Of a stretch of DNA of 61,090 nt, positions 36,235 to 47,179 are shown in pieces. Position 1 is the first letter of the stretch. Each line of letters starts with the position of its first letter. The translations under genes were made by a program, and so were the position numbers. The notes beneath the pieces are model-generated. The model ran no database searches. It saw only the letters and a program-made list of their open reading frames with translations, and was not told the origin of the DNA. The DNA comes from a virus. Taxonomy: Duplodnaviria > Caudoviricetes. The stretch spans positions 1 through 61,090 of the IMG/VR virus record IMGVR_UViG_3300025407_001003; one strand, given 5' to 3'.

Positions 36235-36987
36235 ATGAAAGAATACAACTTATATAGTATCGACGGTGTTGAAATACCGTTTTCACCTAATTGGAACGAT
36301 ATAGCTATTAGTTTAAGTGGCGGTGCTGATAGCGCATTATTGGCGTATCTACTTTGTGAATTAGTTGAACAATATAATAAAGAAATTAATATACATCTCA
36401 TTTCGCATATTCGAATGTGGAAAACACGACCGTGGCAACAATACGATGCAAATAGAATCTATCAATATCTAACTCAATTGTTTCCAAATTTAAAATTTAT
36501 TCGTTACACAAATTTTATTGCGCCAGATCTCGAATATGGTTTCATCGGCCATTCTATTAATGACGAATACGGAAAGCAAGTAAGCGGTGATAATATTCAG
36601 ATCAGGGCATATTCGGAATATGTATGTTACCATAATAAAGTTAATGCGTATTATAATGCTGTAACACGAAATCCTAAAAATGTTGATTTTTCGCTCGATG
36701 GCATGGATCGAAGAGATATAGAACCTACTGACGATAACACACATTTACAATTAATGGTTCATATGAATGTATTAGTAAGTCATCCATTTCGATTTACCGA
36801 AAAGTCGTGGGTAATAAAACAATATAAAAGTAAAAATTTAATGGATCTATTTAATCTCACTCGTAGCTGTGAAGGTGATTTTAAAAATCTAGATTATGTT
36901 ACATATATACCGTACCAAGACGTGCCAGTATGCAACAACTGCTTTTGGTGTAAAGAGAGGAACTGGGCAATTGAACAAAACAAGTAA
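36235..36987 (+). CDS. QueC-like PP-loop ATPase
   Basis: SLSGGADS PP-loop; TRSC...CNNCFWCKER Zn motif. Confidence 0.75.
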   Translation: MKEYNLYSIDGVEIPFSPNWNDIAISLSGGADSALLAYLLCELVEQYNKEINIHLISHIRMWKTRPWQQYDANRIYQYLTQLFPNLKFIRYTNFIAPDLEYGFIGHSINDEYGKQVSGDNIQIRAYSEYVCYHNKVNAYYNAVTRNPKNVDFSLDGMDRRDIEPTDDNTHLQLMVHMNVLVSHPFRFTEKSWVIKQYKSKNLMDLFNLTRSCEGDFKNLDYVTYIPYQDVPVCNNCFWCKERNWAIEQNK

Positions 36988-38236
36988 TACATTCTGTATG
37001 CATCCGTTTACAGGATTAGCAACGAGAGAAGACGGAGCTATAAAAGTTTGTTGCCGTAGTCATCCTATCGGGTATATTCAAGAGAATACACTTGAAGAGA
37101 TTTGGAATAACGACACAATGTGCCGAATTAGAAAACAAATACTCAATAATGAACGTCCTCCCGAATGCCAGCCCTGTTTTAGTCTCGAAGATCAAGGAGT
37201 CGAAAGTTTAAGACAGAGGCATATTGCAGGAATCATCCCAGAAGCAAGGATTACGTTATACCCTACCGCATTAGATAGTTTAAAAGATGACTATACGATG
37301 CCGTTTGAAATTCCTACGATGGAAATTAAAATAAACAATTTATGCAATCTCAAATGTCGCATGTGCAATCCTACCGATAGCACTAGTTGGACAGATTGGA
37401 AGGAAATTGAAGAATTTTATATTAAAGAGGATAATTTTTTAGTTGACAATATTAATATGCTCAATTTATTAAAACATCCCTATTTAGACAAGTTTCAAAA
37501 TAATCCTAATTGGTGGGAAAGTTTTGAAAAATTACTACCTCATTTTCGTAGGGTAGAATTTGCCGGAGGCGAACCGTTAATGGATCCACAGCATTATCGA
37601 ATACTTGATATGCTTATACCGTACGGAAATAACATCCAAATTAAATATGCAACTAATCTAACCATGCTCGGCAAAGGCATTCACACGATTCATGAATATT
37701 GGCCAAAATTTTCAAGTGTAGCAGTTAACGTAAGTATAGACGGATACAAAGACAGTTACGAGTATATTCGTAGAAATGCTAATTGGAATCAGTTAATTGA
37801 AAATATCAAATCAATACAGACTATTCCAAATATTGATCGAATCGTCGGAGCAGTTGCGGTACAAGTTAGTAATATATTAGTATTAGATAAAATGATCGAA
37901 TACTTCTTAGATGAATTAGGGGTTGTTTTTTACACAAATATGGTAAGGTATCCAAGTGTACTCTCTATACAAGTATTACCGTTTGAATTGAAATCATTAG
38001 TTACACTACGTTTGAAATTAACAAAATGTAAAGTTTCTAAGTTTAAGTATGTACAAGAAAATCCAATTCTTGAAGAAATAACACTTAAACAAATAGATGG
38101 AGTAATTAATTTCTTATGGGCTAGTGATGACAGTGACCTTTGGAAAGATTGCATTGAATATAATACAAGATTGGATAAAAGTCGTAATTCTTTAAAATTT
38201 GAAGAAGTAACGCCAGAATTTAAAATGTTTTTATGA
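36971..38236 (+). CDS. radical SAM protein with N-terminal Cys-rich (twitch/SPASM-like) domain
   Basis: CMHPF..CC..CQPC; CNLKCRMC; FAGGEP; probable TTG start. Confidence 0.88.
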   Translation: MNKTSNTFCMHPFTGLATREDGAIKVCCRSHPIGYIQENTLEEIWNNDTMCRIRKQILNNERPPECQPCFSLEDQGVESLRQRHIAGIIPEARITLYPTALDSLKDDYTMPFEIPTMEIKINNLCNLKCRMCNPTDSTSWTDWKEIEEFYIKEDNFLVDNINMLNLLKHPYLDKFQNNPNWWESFEKLLPHFRRVEFAGGEPLMDPQHYRILDMLIPYGNNIQIKYATNLTMLGKGIHTIHEYWPKFSSVAVNVSIDGYKDSYEYIRRNANWNQLIENIKSIQTIPNIDRIVGAVAVQVSNILVLDKMIEYFLDELGVVFYTNMVRYPSVLSIQVLPFELKSLVTLRLKLTKCKVSKFKYVQENPILEEITLKQIDGVINFLWASDDSDLWKDCIEYNTRLDKSRNSLKFEEVTPEFKMFL

Positions 38237-39138
38237 ATCAATTTAAACTAACAATAACAAATCAAGTAGACGATTTTGACCTGTACTTTGATATTTTTGA
38301 AACAAATATTGCTAAAAAATGGAAACTGGAAATAGAGAACGCATATTCGTTATTCGAAACCGAACGATTCACTAATTGGCCTAACAGTTTGAAAACTCGC
38401 AATTATTATACAGCAGAATTAAATAAACAGATTGACATTATTAACTTTTATCATCCAAATTCTATAGATGCTGTGTTTGATGAAAATGCAACACAAGAAA
38501 CAATGAATTACTTACATAAGTTTTTTGAAGTTTTACGCGGTCCAGTTAACGAAGGCACAGAATGGTATAATAATGCTAACCCGATTGCTCAAGATGCATT
38601 GTCACAGTATAATGTCCTTATCCATGAATACGAACATTTTTGTTTTAATGAAACAGCAATTAAAGAAACAAATCATCCATACGCAACAATCGTCGGAACT
38701 TATCATTGTGAAAGACATTGTCTAACAGATGGGGACTACGGACATTTTACATTTAAGTGGAAATTTGGTACTGTTTATATCAATTATTGTGAGATAGGAA
38801 AACCTTTATTAGATGTTTTTAAAGATAATGATCAGATAGTAGGGTCTAACAATATAAAACCTTTACAATATTATAGTGCAGATTTTCAAATTAAATTTGG
38901 TCCTAGTACATTAGATCATGTTTATAATCAACGAGTAAAGGATTTTTGTGATTGGTATGATCGTAAAGCTAACTATCTTTGCTCGTTAGGATTGTTTCGT
39001 TCTAATCGATTAGCATTAGGATTAATTCCTGTCGCATCGTTGAATATAAAAGATAGCAGACTTGAAAACTTGTCCGAAGTTGAAATTATTCAAAAACTAA
39101 GCAAATACAATCGTATTAAATCAACATGCATAAAATAA
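38233..39138 (+). CDS. hypothetical protein (paralog of 58057..59097)
   Basis: NYLH..FE, N..IH.YE, Y...GK, LALGLIPVA. Confidence 0.7.
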   Translation: MNQFKLTITNQVDDFDLYFDIFETNIAKKWKLEIENAYSLFETERFTNWPNSLKTRNYYTAELNKQIDIINFYHPNSIDAVFDENATQETMNYLHKFFEVLRGPVNEGTEWYNNANPIAQDALSQYNVLIHEYEHFCFNETAIKETNHPYATIVGTYHCERHCLTDGDYGHFTFKWKFGTVYINYCEIGKPLLDVFKDNDQIVGSNNIKPLQYYSADFQIKFGPSTLDHVYNQRVKDFCDWYDRKANYLCSLGLFRSNRLALGLIPVASLNIKDSRLENLSEVEIIQKLSKYNRIKSTCIK

Positions 39139-40040
39139 CATCTCGATGGGGACAACACGATCAGCTTAGAATCGAATGGAATTTAGGAAAACGTTGTAAT
39201 TACGATTGTTCATATTGCCCATCTGAAATACACGATCATAATAGTCCACATACAAATTTTGATATTTTAAAAACTACAATCGATAATTTATTAAAAATTA
39301 ATAAGCCCTTGAGAATTAGTTTTACCGGCGGTGAACCGTGCGTACATCCTCGATTTAAAGAACTAGTTGATTATGCAAAACATAAAGGAATCTACTGGGT
39401 CAATGTAACTACAAACGGAACACGCCGCCCGGAATACTATATGAGTTTAAATGTAGATCATATTGTTTTTAGTTTGCATTTCGAACATGATTGGCGTAGG
39501 GTAATGACTACTATTATTAAAGTACAAAAAGAAAGCAATAAAACAATAATGGTTAACGTAATGGTTCATCCCGATAAGATCGAAGACGCAAAATTATGTT
39601 GTTCAAGATTTCAACTATCCAATGTTAAGTACACTCTCAGGCGTATTAGATGGACACAAGGAAATCACGATTTATTTGATGACATGCGATATCATCCCGA
39701 CGATTTAGAATGGATGTTAAATCGAGAATCAACAGCACACGCTAACTGTGCTATTAATGACGGAGAATCATATGTTCACGCAAATGATATACTTAAACAT
39801 AAACTTAATAGTTTCACTAATTGGACATGCAATGCAGGAATCGAAAGTTTAATGATCAATTGGGATGGAGAGATATTCCGAGCAACATGCCGAGTGGGCG
39901 GAAGTCTTGGAAACATTTACAATAATATATATAGTTTCCCTACGGACTCGATCACTTGCACACGTAATTGGTGTACTTGTGCCGCGGATATTCCTATAAC
40001 TAAATATATTTCTTTAAATCTGCAAATTCCGGAAAAGTAG
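39126..40040 (+). CDS. radical SAM protein with C-terminal Cys cluster
   Basis: CNYDCSYC, FTGGEP, TTNG, C-terminal C...C...CTRNWCTC. Confidence 0.9.
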   Translation: MHKITSRWGQHDQLRIEWNLGKRCNYDCSYCPSEIHDHNSPHTNFDILKTTIDNLLKINKPLRISFTGGEPCVHPRFKELVDYAKHKGIYWVNVTTNGTRRPEYYMSLNVDHIVFSLHFEHDWRRVMTTIIKVQKESNKTIMVNVMVHPDKIEDAKLCCSRFQLSNVKYTLRRIRWTQGNHDLFDDMRYHPDDLEWMLNRESTAHANCAINDGESYVHANDILKHKLNSFTNWTCNAGIESLMINWDGEIFRATCRVGGSLGNIYNNIYSFPTDSITCTRNWCTCAADIPITKYISLNLQIPEK

Positions 40041-41142
40041 TAAAAAAATCATTGTTTCGGATTTTATCTTTACTAAATGTGTGTGCAAAAAAATCAGGTA
40101 ACAATTTGCTATCGTCCGACGACCACATATGAGATAAAAATAGTTTAACATACTCATTAGATGAAAATTCACTCCAATGTTCTTCAACCCGTTGTTTTAT
40201 CTCAATTGGCAATACCGTTAATTGATAGTATTTAGGATTAACCAATATAGTGTAAGTTATGCTATGAACTAACTCATTATCATTCATAAATTTATGAAGA
40301 TTTAACGCATCGAACGCATTAAGTAGTTGTATAGTTAGTGCAAGATCAATTTTTACATTAGGACAACTGTTTTTAATTAAAGTTAAATTAGAAATTATAT
40401 TGTCCCAGTTCGACGGATATCTTATATAATGGTTTCGGTTTTCACATGCATCTATACTAACACGTAATTCGATCTCATTAAAATGTGACCACATCTCAAT
40501 AATATCATAATTTTTTAATTTTATATTTGTAAGATTACTATGGTATTTTAATCGAACATTAACTTTGTTTTTATTGATAAGATATTCTAAAATCTTAAAA
40601 TGTTCTTCGATCATCATCGGTTCGCCGCCTTCGAATGCAATTTCTTCTAAGGTTTCGAGATTATCGTTAAAAAATCTATAAAAATCATCAATGTTATTAA
40701 ATGATGCAGTTTTTGGCAAGTGGTTCTCTTCTATCGCAATCGATGTGCTTAATAACGGAGAGCACATCCGGCATTTTAAATTACATAAATTAGAAAATCC
40801 TGCACCACACCAAAATGCAATATATAATTCGTGCGTTTCAATCGGAATTTTAGGCAGTAAATGCTCGTATTTTTCATTTGAGAATATTCGATGACTCTTA
40901 TGGCCAGCTTGCTCTTTTTGAATACAACGAATACAAGACGGCGGCAACTTCGACCCTGTTAAAAACTGTTGTCGAAACTCTGTCCATTTTTTATTATCAG
41001 TAGAATATATATCATATAAGGATTCTTCGATGGTTGATCCAAAAGAATACTCATGATTAATGCAACAAGGTACAGCTCTCCCATGCCATATCCTCACGCT
41101 CATGAATGGCAATATACAAAAATGTTGAGGTAAACTTTTCAT
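40000..41142 (-). CDS. radical SAM protein with N-terminal Cys-rich domain
   Basis: CILPF..PCC..CIRC; CNLKCRMC; FEGGEP. Confidence 0.9.
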   Translation of the reverse strand: MKSLPQHFCILPFMSVRIWHGRAVPCCINHEYSFGSTIEESLYDIYSTDNKKWTEFRQQFLTGSKLPPSCIRCIQKEQAGHKSHRIFSNEKYEHLLPKIPIETHELYIAFWCGAGFSNLCNLKCRMCSPLLSTSIAIEENHLPKTASFNNIDDFYRFFNDNLETLEEIAFEGGEPMMIEEHFKILEYLINKNKVNVRLKYHSNLTNIKLKNYDIIEMWSHFNEIELRVSIDACENRNHYIRYPSNWDNIISNLTLIKNSCPNVKIDLALTIQLLNAFDALNLHKFMNDNELVHSITYTILVNPKYYQLTVLPIEIKQRVEEHWSEFSSNEYVKLFLSHMWSSDDSKLLPDFFAHTFSKDKIRNNDFFTTFPEFADLKKYI

Positions 41143-42131
41143 TTATATTTTGTTACATGTGTCTCAGGTTGACATCCGCATAATGTTCGTGGACAAATGA
41201 TTGATTTAAATTCAACATCATCTAAGTTAAAATCATTATCTGAAAAAACGTTAAATATTTTACCGTTAAATATTCCTTCCTGACATGATCCTGTTACGGT
41301 ACCGTCAAAGTTTATCAATAACGTTTCTAATCCGACGTTGCATGTCCATCCTTTAAAATAATTCCATTTATTAACAATGATGGTTTCTGGACGAGCAACC
41401 ATTATTGACTCATCGTCGAATAATACCACACTCTCATATATACGCAAGTTGTTAAAGTTTTTTAATAGCCAATCCGAGTCTGGTAATCGTTTCATACTTT
41501 GTGAACAATAGTCGAGTTGATCTTGAGTATATGAATCAACGTCCATTCCGGGAGCCATTATTACTTCTTTTGTTTGTATATACCACGGATATTTGCTAGT
41601 TTTCATTTTTTCAACAGCGGCAACACACTCGTCCCATTTTTCTGCGTTCATTAACACAAGTGACGTGACTTTTAATCCTTCTTCAAATAGCGTATCTGCA
41701 ACTGCAATATGATGATCGATATCTCCATATTCTTGATGAAAACTCAAGACCGCATCATCAAAATATTTAGAATTTTCTTTCCACCACCGAATCGTTCTAG
41801 AACCGTTTGAAATAATAGTAATATAAACATTATGTGTTTTTTTTATTTCTTCGCAAAAATAACTAATATGCGGCCATAAAGATGGATCACCGCCTCCTGT
41901 GATTTGCAAATGAAATCGGGTTTTATTTAACTTGCGTTCATATATATCAAATAATTTTCTAAAATTGTTAATTACAGTATCGACATTTTTTGGGTATCTA
42001 AATTTTCCGTCTTTTTGTCCTGGAAAACAATATGAACAATCAAAGTTGCAAATATCAGTAGGCAAAAATCTTACATGTAACGTAGATTGCTCTTGAGTTG
42101 AAATTATCTTAATAGGGATACGTTTATTCAT
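41139..42131 (-). CDS. radical SAM protein with C-terminal Cys cluster
   Basis: CNFDCSYC; GGGDP; CPRTLCGC. Confidence 0.9.
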   Translation of the reverse strand: MNKRIPIKIISTQEQSTLHVRFLPTDICNFDCSYCFPGQKDGKFRYPKNVDTVINNFRKLFDIYERKLNKTRFHLQITGGGDPSLWPHISYFCEEIKKTHNVYITIISNGSRTIRWWKENSKYFDDAVLSFHQEYGDIDHHIAVADTLFEEGLKVTSLVLMNAEKWDECVAAVEKMKTSKYPWYIQTKEVIMAPGMDVDSYTQDQLDYCSQSMKRLPDSDWLLKNFNNLRIYESVVLFDDESIMVARPETIIVNKWNYFKGWTCNVGLETLLINFDGTVTGSCQEGIFNGKIFNVFSDNDFNLDDVEFKSIICPRTLCGCQPETHVTKYK

Positions 42132-43513
42132 ACTAATCCTTTTAATTCCGGAAACGTGCTAGAAAAATCAGTTCCTCTAATTCTATCTAAATTTTTTATA
42201 TATTCAGAAAAATCTGGCAACAAATGACTCAAATCTTCACATTCGATAAAGTCGATTCCGCTGTCCCACCTTTTCCATCCGTATGAACTCACATTCCAAA
42301 AAACGTCATCGGTTGTGTAGTTTTTCTGTAACCATAGTTTAAATTCTTCAAACCGTTTTCTTAATTCTTGTTTGTATTCCAATGGCAGTATCTTTGCACT
42401 AAGGAAAGTTGGAATATATAAAAAATGCATGTTAATTAGCCCTCCTCCCATTACGAATTCTCCGGGCATAACTGATAAATTTATTTTTTTATAATTTTGT
42501 GAAATTTTCCATTTTACAAAATCTGGTAGATGCATTACATTTAATACTTGAATAGCCGTTGCAATGCTTACTACTACATTATCCGGTGTATTATCTAACA
42601 TGTGTAATGCCCTCTCAACTTCGGCCCATTTTGTAGGAAATCTTATATAATGATTTCGATCTCCATATGCATCTATACTAATTGCAAATTTAACCTGTTT
42701 AAAATAAGACCAAAGATCTATAATTTCATCAGTTAAAAATACTCCATTACTTGAGTATCTAACAACTATGTCTTTTGCATATCCTCGGCGAATAATTTCC
42801 TCCAAAAACAATTTATGTTCCTTGATCATTAATGGTTCGCCACCGGCAAAATATACTTGCTTTAAGTTTGGTATTTGATCATAAATATCGGACCAAAACG
42901 ACGGTTGCTCATACCATCGATTGTTAAACGATATGTCATCAAACTCAATTTGGCTCCTTACTACACTACTAGATGTTACAGACATTAGCTTAGAATGATC
43001 TTGTAACCATCTACTACTATCATGCGGGCTACACATTACACATTTTAAATTACACGTATTTCCTAATCTCAAGTCTAAATACCGAAATTTATTCGAGATC
43101 GAACCATCTTGATTAGTCGAAGTTACTAATTCATTAATATCTATACCTTCTTCGATCCAGTATTTTGTCTCCCATACTCTCTTACTAACCACTCCGGATG
43201 ATTCTTCTTTAAAACATTTTGTACAACTTTTTGGAATTTGATTACTTAACATTTGTAATCTTACTGATTTCATATAATCATTGTTCCATGCTTCTAAGGG
43301 AGATTCTCGTGAAAAATTAGCGGGACCGCCGTGAAAGTGTTTTACTAGCCCGATTTCGATCTCATTTGTTTCAGCGCCGCTTGCATTAGATGTGCAACAT
43401 AATCGCATATCACCGTTCGGCCTAGTTGCCAAATGAATCCATGGTAATATACAAAACGTCGATGACGAGTTCGCTGTAATTTCATCGCATAGTGATTTTA
43501 ACTCGCTAGTCAT
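42128..43513 (-). CDS. radical SAM protein with N-terminal Cys-rich domain
   Basis: CILPW..LCC..CTKC; CNLKCVMC; FAGGEP. Confidence 0.9.
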   Translation of the reverse strand: MTSELKSLCDEITANSSSTFCILPWIHLATRPNGDMRLCCTSNASGAETNEIEIGLVKHFHGGPANFSRESPLEAWNNDYMKSVRLQMLSNQIPKSCTKCFKEESSGVVSKRVWETKYWIEEGIDINELVTSTNQDGSISNKFRYLDLRLGNTCNLKCVMCSPHDSSRWLQDHSKLMSVTSSSVVRSQIEFDDISFNNRWYEQPSFWSDIYDQIPNLKQVYFAGGEPLMIKEHKLFLEEIIRRGYAKDIVVRYSSNGVFLTDEIIDLWSYFKQVKFAISIDAYGDRNHYIRFPTKWAEVERALHMLDNTPDNVVVSIATAIQVLNVMHLPDFVKWKISQNYKKINLSVMPGEFVMGGGLINMHFLYIPTFLSAKILPLEYKQELRKRFEEFKLWLQKNYTTDDVFWNVSSYGWKRWDSGIDFIECEDLSHLLPDFSEYIKNLDRIRGTDFSSTFPELKGLV

Positions 43514-44597
43514 TTAACTTTAAAACTTCTACAAATTGATTTGACGGTTTTGATAAATTATTTTTTTCCATTTTGCCACATATTCTAGCACACATAATTA
43601 GTTTTTTTGTAGTCCAGTATTCGTTCCATAAATTCTGATATTCATAAGAATTTATTATAGTTTTAATATCATATGTTAGCGCGTGTACTCGTTCAATACC
43701 ACCGAACGAATTAATTAACTCATTATATTGATCTACAATTGTATTTCTTACCTCAGAAGCATAATCGTCGGGTTCGATATATGTATACGGAATGCTAGCA
43801 AGCCAACAACATGGAAATACATTTCGATAAGCATCGATATATATTTCTTTATTTCGATCTGCATAGCAATGAATTGTTGATGTTTCAATAACTTCCTTAT
43901 ATGAATCAATAGTATTCTTATCTATAAAGGTTAATTTGTTTGTAGTCGGGGGTTCGATATAATAAAGATGTTCATTGTTTTTATTTTTAACAGAATACCT
44001 TGGTTCTAAAACAAATCGCGAACTATTTTTAACTGTAAACTTTTTAAATCCGTACTGTTTGGCAATTTCTTTTGCTTGTTCTTCTTGGTGTTCGTTGTGT
44101 TTAAATTTTATAAAACACCACTCAGCTATTCCGCCGGCCTCAATAAATGCTAACGCATTTTGTAAAATAAGGTTGTATTTTGTACCAATTCGATAAATTT
44201 CGTGCGTATCGCCTACCCCATCTAATGCAAATATTACATTATGATTTTTTGGAAGTACCTTTGCTAATGTTTTCCACCAATCGACCTGACGGGCACTACC
44301 ATTTGTATGGATTCGCAAATATTGATCGGGAGAATTTATAGAAACATACTGACACATTTCGATAAGATCATTATTTAAAATCGGATCACCAAAATTACCA
44401 CAGAAATACATGCCTTCTATCTGATTGAGAACATCTTGTGTGATTATTTTCTTAAATTCATCAAGGGTCCAATTTTGATTTTTTATCAAAGGATTATCAA
44501 TCCCCCCGTGAATGTTCCTTGCGCACATAGGGCAACTTGCTTGACAATTATTGCTAATTTCTAGATGTATCTGTTTTAAATTTTCAAAAGTAAACAT
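43506..44597 (-). CDS. radical SAM/SPASM protein
   Basis: CQASCPMC; CGNFGDP; HTNGS; PCCW...CARIC. Confidence 0.88.
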   Translation of the reverse strand: MFTFENLKQIHLEISNNCQASCPMCARNIHGGIDNPLIKNQNWTLDEFKKIITQDVLNQIEGMYFCGNFGDPILNNDLIEMCQYVSINSPDQYLRIHTNGSARQVDWWKTLAKVLPKNHNVIFALDGVGDTHEIYRIGTKYNLILQNALAFIEAGGIAEWCFIKFKHNEHQEEQAKEIAKQYGFKKFTVKNSSRFVLEPRYSVKNKNNEHLYYIEPPTTNKLTFIDKNTIDSYKEVIETSTIHCYADRNKEIYIDAYRNVFPCCWLASIPYTYIEPDDYASEVRNTIVDQYNELINSFGGIERVHALTYDIKTIINSYEYQNLWNEYWTTKKLIMCARICGKMEKNNLSKPSNQFVEVLKLND

Positions 44598-44642
44598 AAA
44601 ATAAATATTTTTCTCAACTATTTACATAAGAAACAACATTGT

Positions 44643-45143
44643 ATGAAATTTATTGGCAATTATAATTACATCGACCCTAAATGGATTGAATATGTCTTGA
44701 GTAATCCAGGATACGGTCGTCCAAAAGAAGGTAAAAGACCCGATAGTCCCGAAGAAGAACAAGAATATACGATTGCACGAAATGCAGGGTACAATGATAA
44801 TGCAATTTATTTTTGGATGTTCGACAACTCAAACTTCCCATTCGATTTAGATCTACCATTCATTGATAAACCGTATCATTGGTGGATTACTAAAATGTTA
44901 CCGGGGAACTTTATGCCAATGCACATTGATCCACATACTGTATATCAAAAAAATAGTAAACGATTGTGGTTACCGTGGCAAGACTGGGAAGCAGGACATG
45001 TCTTTGCATATGAGGATATTGTTCTTACAAAGTATCGAAAAGGCGATGTTTGGGAATATGAATCAGCAACTGGTTTGCACGGTGCTGCCAATATCGGGCA
45101 TGTCCCTAGAATTATATTACAAGTGAGTACATATGATGTATAA
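44643..45143 (+). CDS. 2OG-Fe(II)-like oxygenase
   Basis: PGNFMPMHID...LHGAANIG..PR. Confidence 0.72.
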   Translation: MKFIGNYNYIDPKWIEYVLSNPGYGRPKEGKRPDSPEEEQEYTIARNAGYNDNAIYFWMFDNSNFPFDLDLPFIDKPYHWWITKMLPGNFMPMHIDPHTVYQKNSKRLWLPWQDWEAGHVFAYEDIVLTKYRKGDVWEYESATGLHGAANIGHVPRIILQVSTYDV

Positions 45144-45855
45144 AAAATTATATAACAAGATCACCTCCTGGAAAAAATCATCGGTGGTGTCGTTCTATAA
45201 TAATCAACCATTGCCGGTTCTTCCCGAAACATATTTTTTTATTCACGAATATGATGATGACGGATTATATATATATGATGATCATCAGGCAATATATTAT
45301 CACAATGATGGATCAACATTTTTATTAACAGATGAATATCTTGTCTCCGACTGGTATGTATTAAAAGCGTTATATGATTCTAATACGGTTCCAATGTCAA
45401 TTCCGGTCGAATTCACCGAATATAAACATTTTGGATACTATCATTTTCAGAGTCCTACCGGGCACATTGGTGACCCTTGGATTATACAGCCTTATTATAC
45501 TACCGAATATTGGATTAAATTGGCCGATATTATTACTAATCTTATTGTTGCATTAAAAGAAGGCAACCATCCGTTTCCTTCAGATGCAATAAATCTTCCG
45601 ACATTTATCTATGATGGCGACAACAGTTATTATTCTCATGCGTCAGGAACCAATAGAATAGTGTTTAATAATACTTGTAATTTTTTTATAACTGAACAGT
45701 TTAAACGATTTAAATTATACAGTATAAATATTAGAGAAGCACTTGTATTAGATCCAAGTAGAGATGAATTGCTTTCAAATATCAACTGGACATACATTCG
45801 TAAGTATATTAAAGAAAAATGGTTACCATTAAGAATCACGAAGCCGAATTTGTAG
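45133..45855 (+). CDS. hypothetical protein
   Basis: 240 aa ORF overlapping neighbours. Confidence 0.6.
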   Translation: MMYKKLYNKITSWKKSSVVSFYNNQPLPVLPETYFFIHEYDDDGLYIYDDHQAIYYHNDGSTFLLTDEYLVSDWYVLKALYDSNTVPMSIPVEFTEYKHFGYYHFQSPTGHIGDPWIIQPYYTTEYWIKLADIITNLIVALKEGNHPFPSDAINLPTFIYDGDNSYYSHASGTNRIVFNNTCNFFITEQFKRFKLYSINIREALVLDPSRDELLSNINWTYIRKYIKEKWLPLRITKPNL

Positions 45856-46070
45856 TATTTCAAGGAACAGTTGAATCAATGAGATTTACCTCGAACTTAT
45901 GGAAATTCCAGGAAACATTTCGTCAATTGCTCGGCCCAACATCGAAAAATACTCATTTTACTATGACCTATAACGGAATCACTCGCATATTTGCAGATCC
46001 GACAAATTGGGACAATCCAACTTGTTGTGCAGCATGTCGAGAAGCAGCGAAATCACTTAAATTATCATAA
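45819..46070 (+). CDS. hypothetical protein
   Basis: 83 aa; CCAAC; TAATG coupling downstream. Confidence 0.5.
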   Translation: MVTIKNHEAEFVVFQGTVESMRFTSNLWKFQETFRQLLGPTSKNTHFTMTYNGITRIFADPTNWDNPTCCAACREAAKSLKLS

Positions 46071-46618
46071 TGGCCATTTTCCTCATAAGTGACACACATT
46101 TTGAGCATACATCTATGTATGAAAAGGTATATGCTGGAAACAGATTACGACCTTGGAATACCTATGAAGAAGGTGATAATATAATAATTGAACGTTGGAA
46201 CAACACCGTAAATGAATCCGATACTGTGTTTCATTTAGGCGATATTATCGGTCAAACTGAAGAGTCTTTATCAGTATTAGCTCGATTAAATGGCAACAAG
46301 GTTTTAATTAGGGGAAATCATGATACAGGAGATTTAGCATTATATACAAAATACTTTTCTAATGTATATGGATGCTACGAACTTGGTGATCTTTTACTTA
46401 CCCACATACCAGCTCACCCTATGCTTCGATGTAAAAATCTAGCAAATGTACACGGTCACATGCACGGATTAATGATGGATGTGGATCCTTGGTACTTTGA
46501 TGTATCGGTAGAGGTCATTAATTACACTCCAATTTTACTAGAAGATCTTCTTATCAAAATTAAAGAAAGACAAGAATCACCGAATCAATTTACCTATAAT
46601 CATATATCTTGTATATAA
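46070..46618 (+). CDS. calcineurin-like metallophosphoesterase
   Basis: SDTH, LGD, GNHD, THIP, HGHMH. Confidence 0.9.
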   Translation: MAIFLISDTHFEHTSMYEKVYAGNRLRPWNTYEEGDNIIIERWNNTVNESDTVFHLGDIIGQTEESLSVLARLNGNKVLIRGNHDTGDLALYTKYFSNVYGCYELGDLLLTHIPAHPMLRCKNLANVHGHMHGLMMDVDPWYFDVSVEVINYTPILLEDLLIKIKERQESPNQFTYNHISCI

Positions 46619-47179
46619 CGGTAATGCTAGTTCCCCTGCCCATAGTTCCTGAAGATGACATTGCTGTTTAAATTCATCTAACGAATGCGCAATTCTACAA
46701 TGTTCGTCAATCTCATAATTATTACTCTGGACTACTACTAAACTATCAGGCAATAGTAATTCTAACCATTGTTCATACGCTGCTTGTGAAATGTGTTCGG
46801 CGCTAGTATTAATGGCAATAGGATTAGGCCCGAAATTAGGATATGTTTCCATTGGTCGACAAACTGATCGAAACCTTCCTTGAATTTCTTCAACCTTGTT
46901 CATAGTAACAGCCGTTTCTAAACAATCAATGTCGATATCAACACTTTCGATTTTGTCTATAGGAATATCTGATTGGAATAACATACTAGCTAAAACGCCT
47001 ACCCAACCACCATATATAGTAATATTCGCTGGGTGGTCGATGTACGGACGTAAATTGTTAATTAGCCATTCTTTACTTTTTAATTGTCCTCCCCAAAACG
47101 CTTCTAATGTTCGCAATGGATTCTCACTATTTCGAATAGCATCCATCCAAAATTTAATATGATCTAAATTTATCTGCAT
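46577..47179 (-). CDS. class I SAM-dependent methyltransferase-like protein
   Basis: IYGGWVGVLA, SVDID, INTSAEH. Confidence 0.7.
   Translation of the reverse strand: MQINLDHIKFWMDAIRNSENPLRTLEAFWGGQLKSKEWLINNLRPYIDHPANITIYGGWVGVLASMLFQSDIPIDKIESVDIDIDCLETAVTMNKVEEIQGRFRSVCRPMETYPNFGPNPIAINTSAEHISQAAYEQWLELLLPDSLVVVQSNNYEIDEHCRIAHSLDEFKQQCHLQELWAGELALPLYTRYMIIGKLIR

Noticed and set aside
36235-36987. Complete preQ0/7-deazaguanine DNA modification pathway
   Set aside because: Only a divergent QueC-like protein is present; no folE, queD or dpdA in this window, and the radical SAMs are not clearly QueE.
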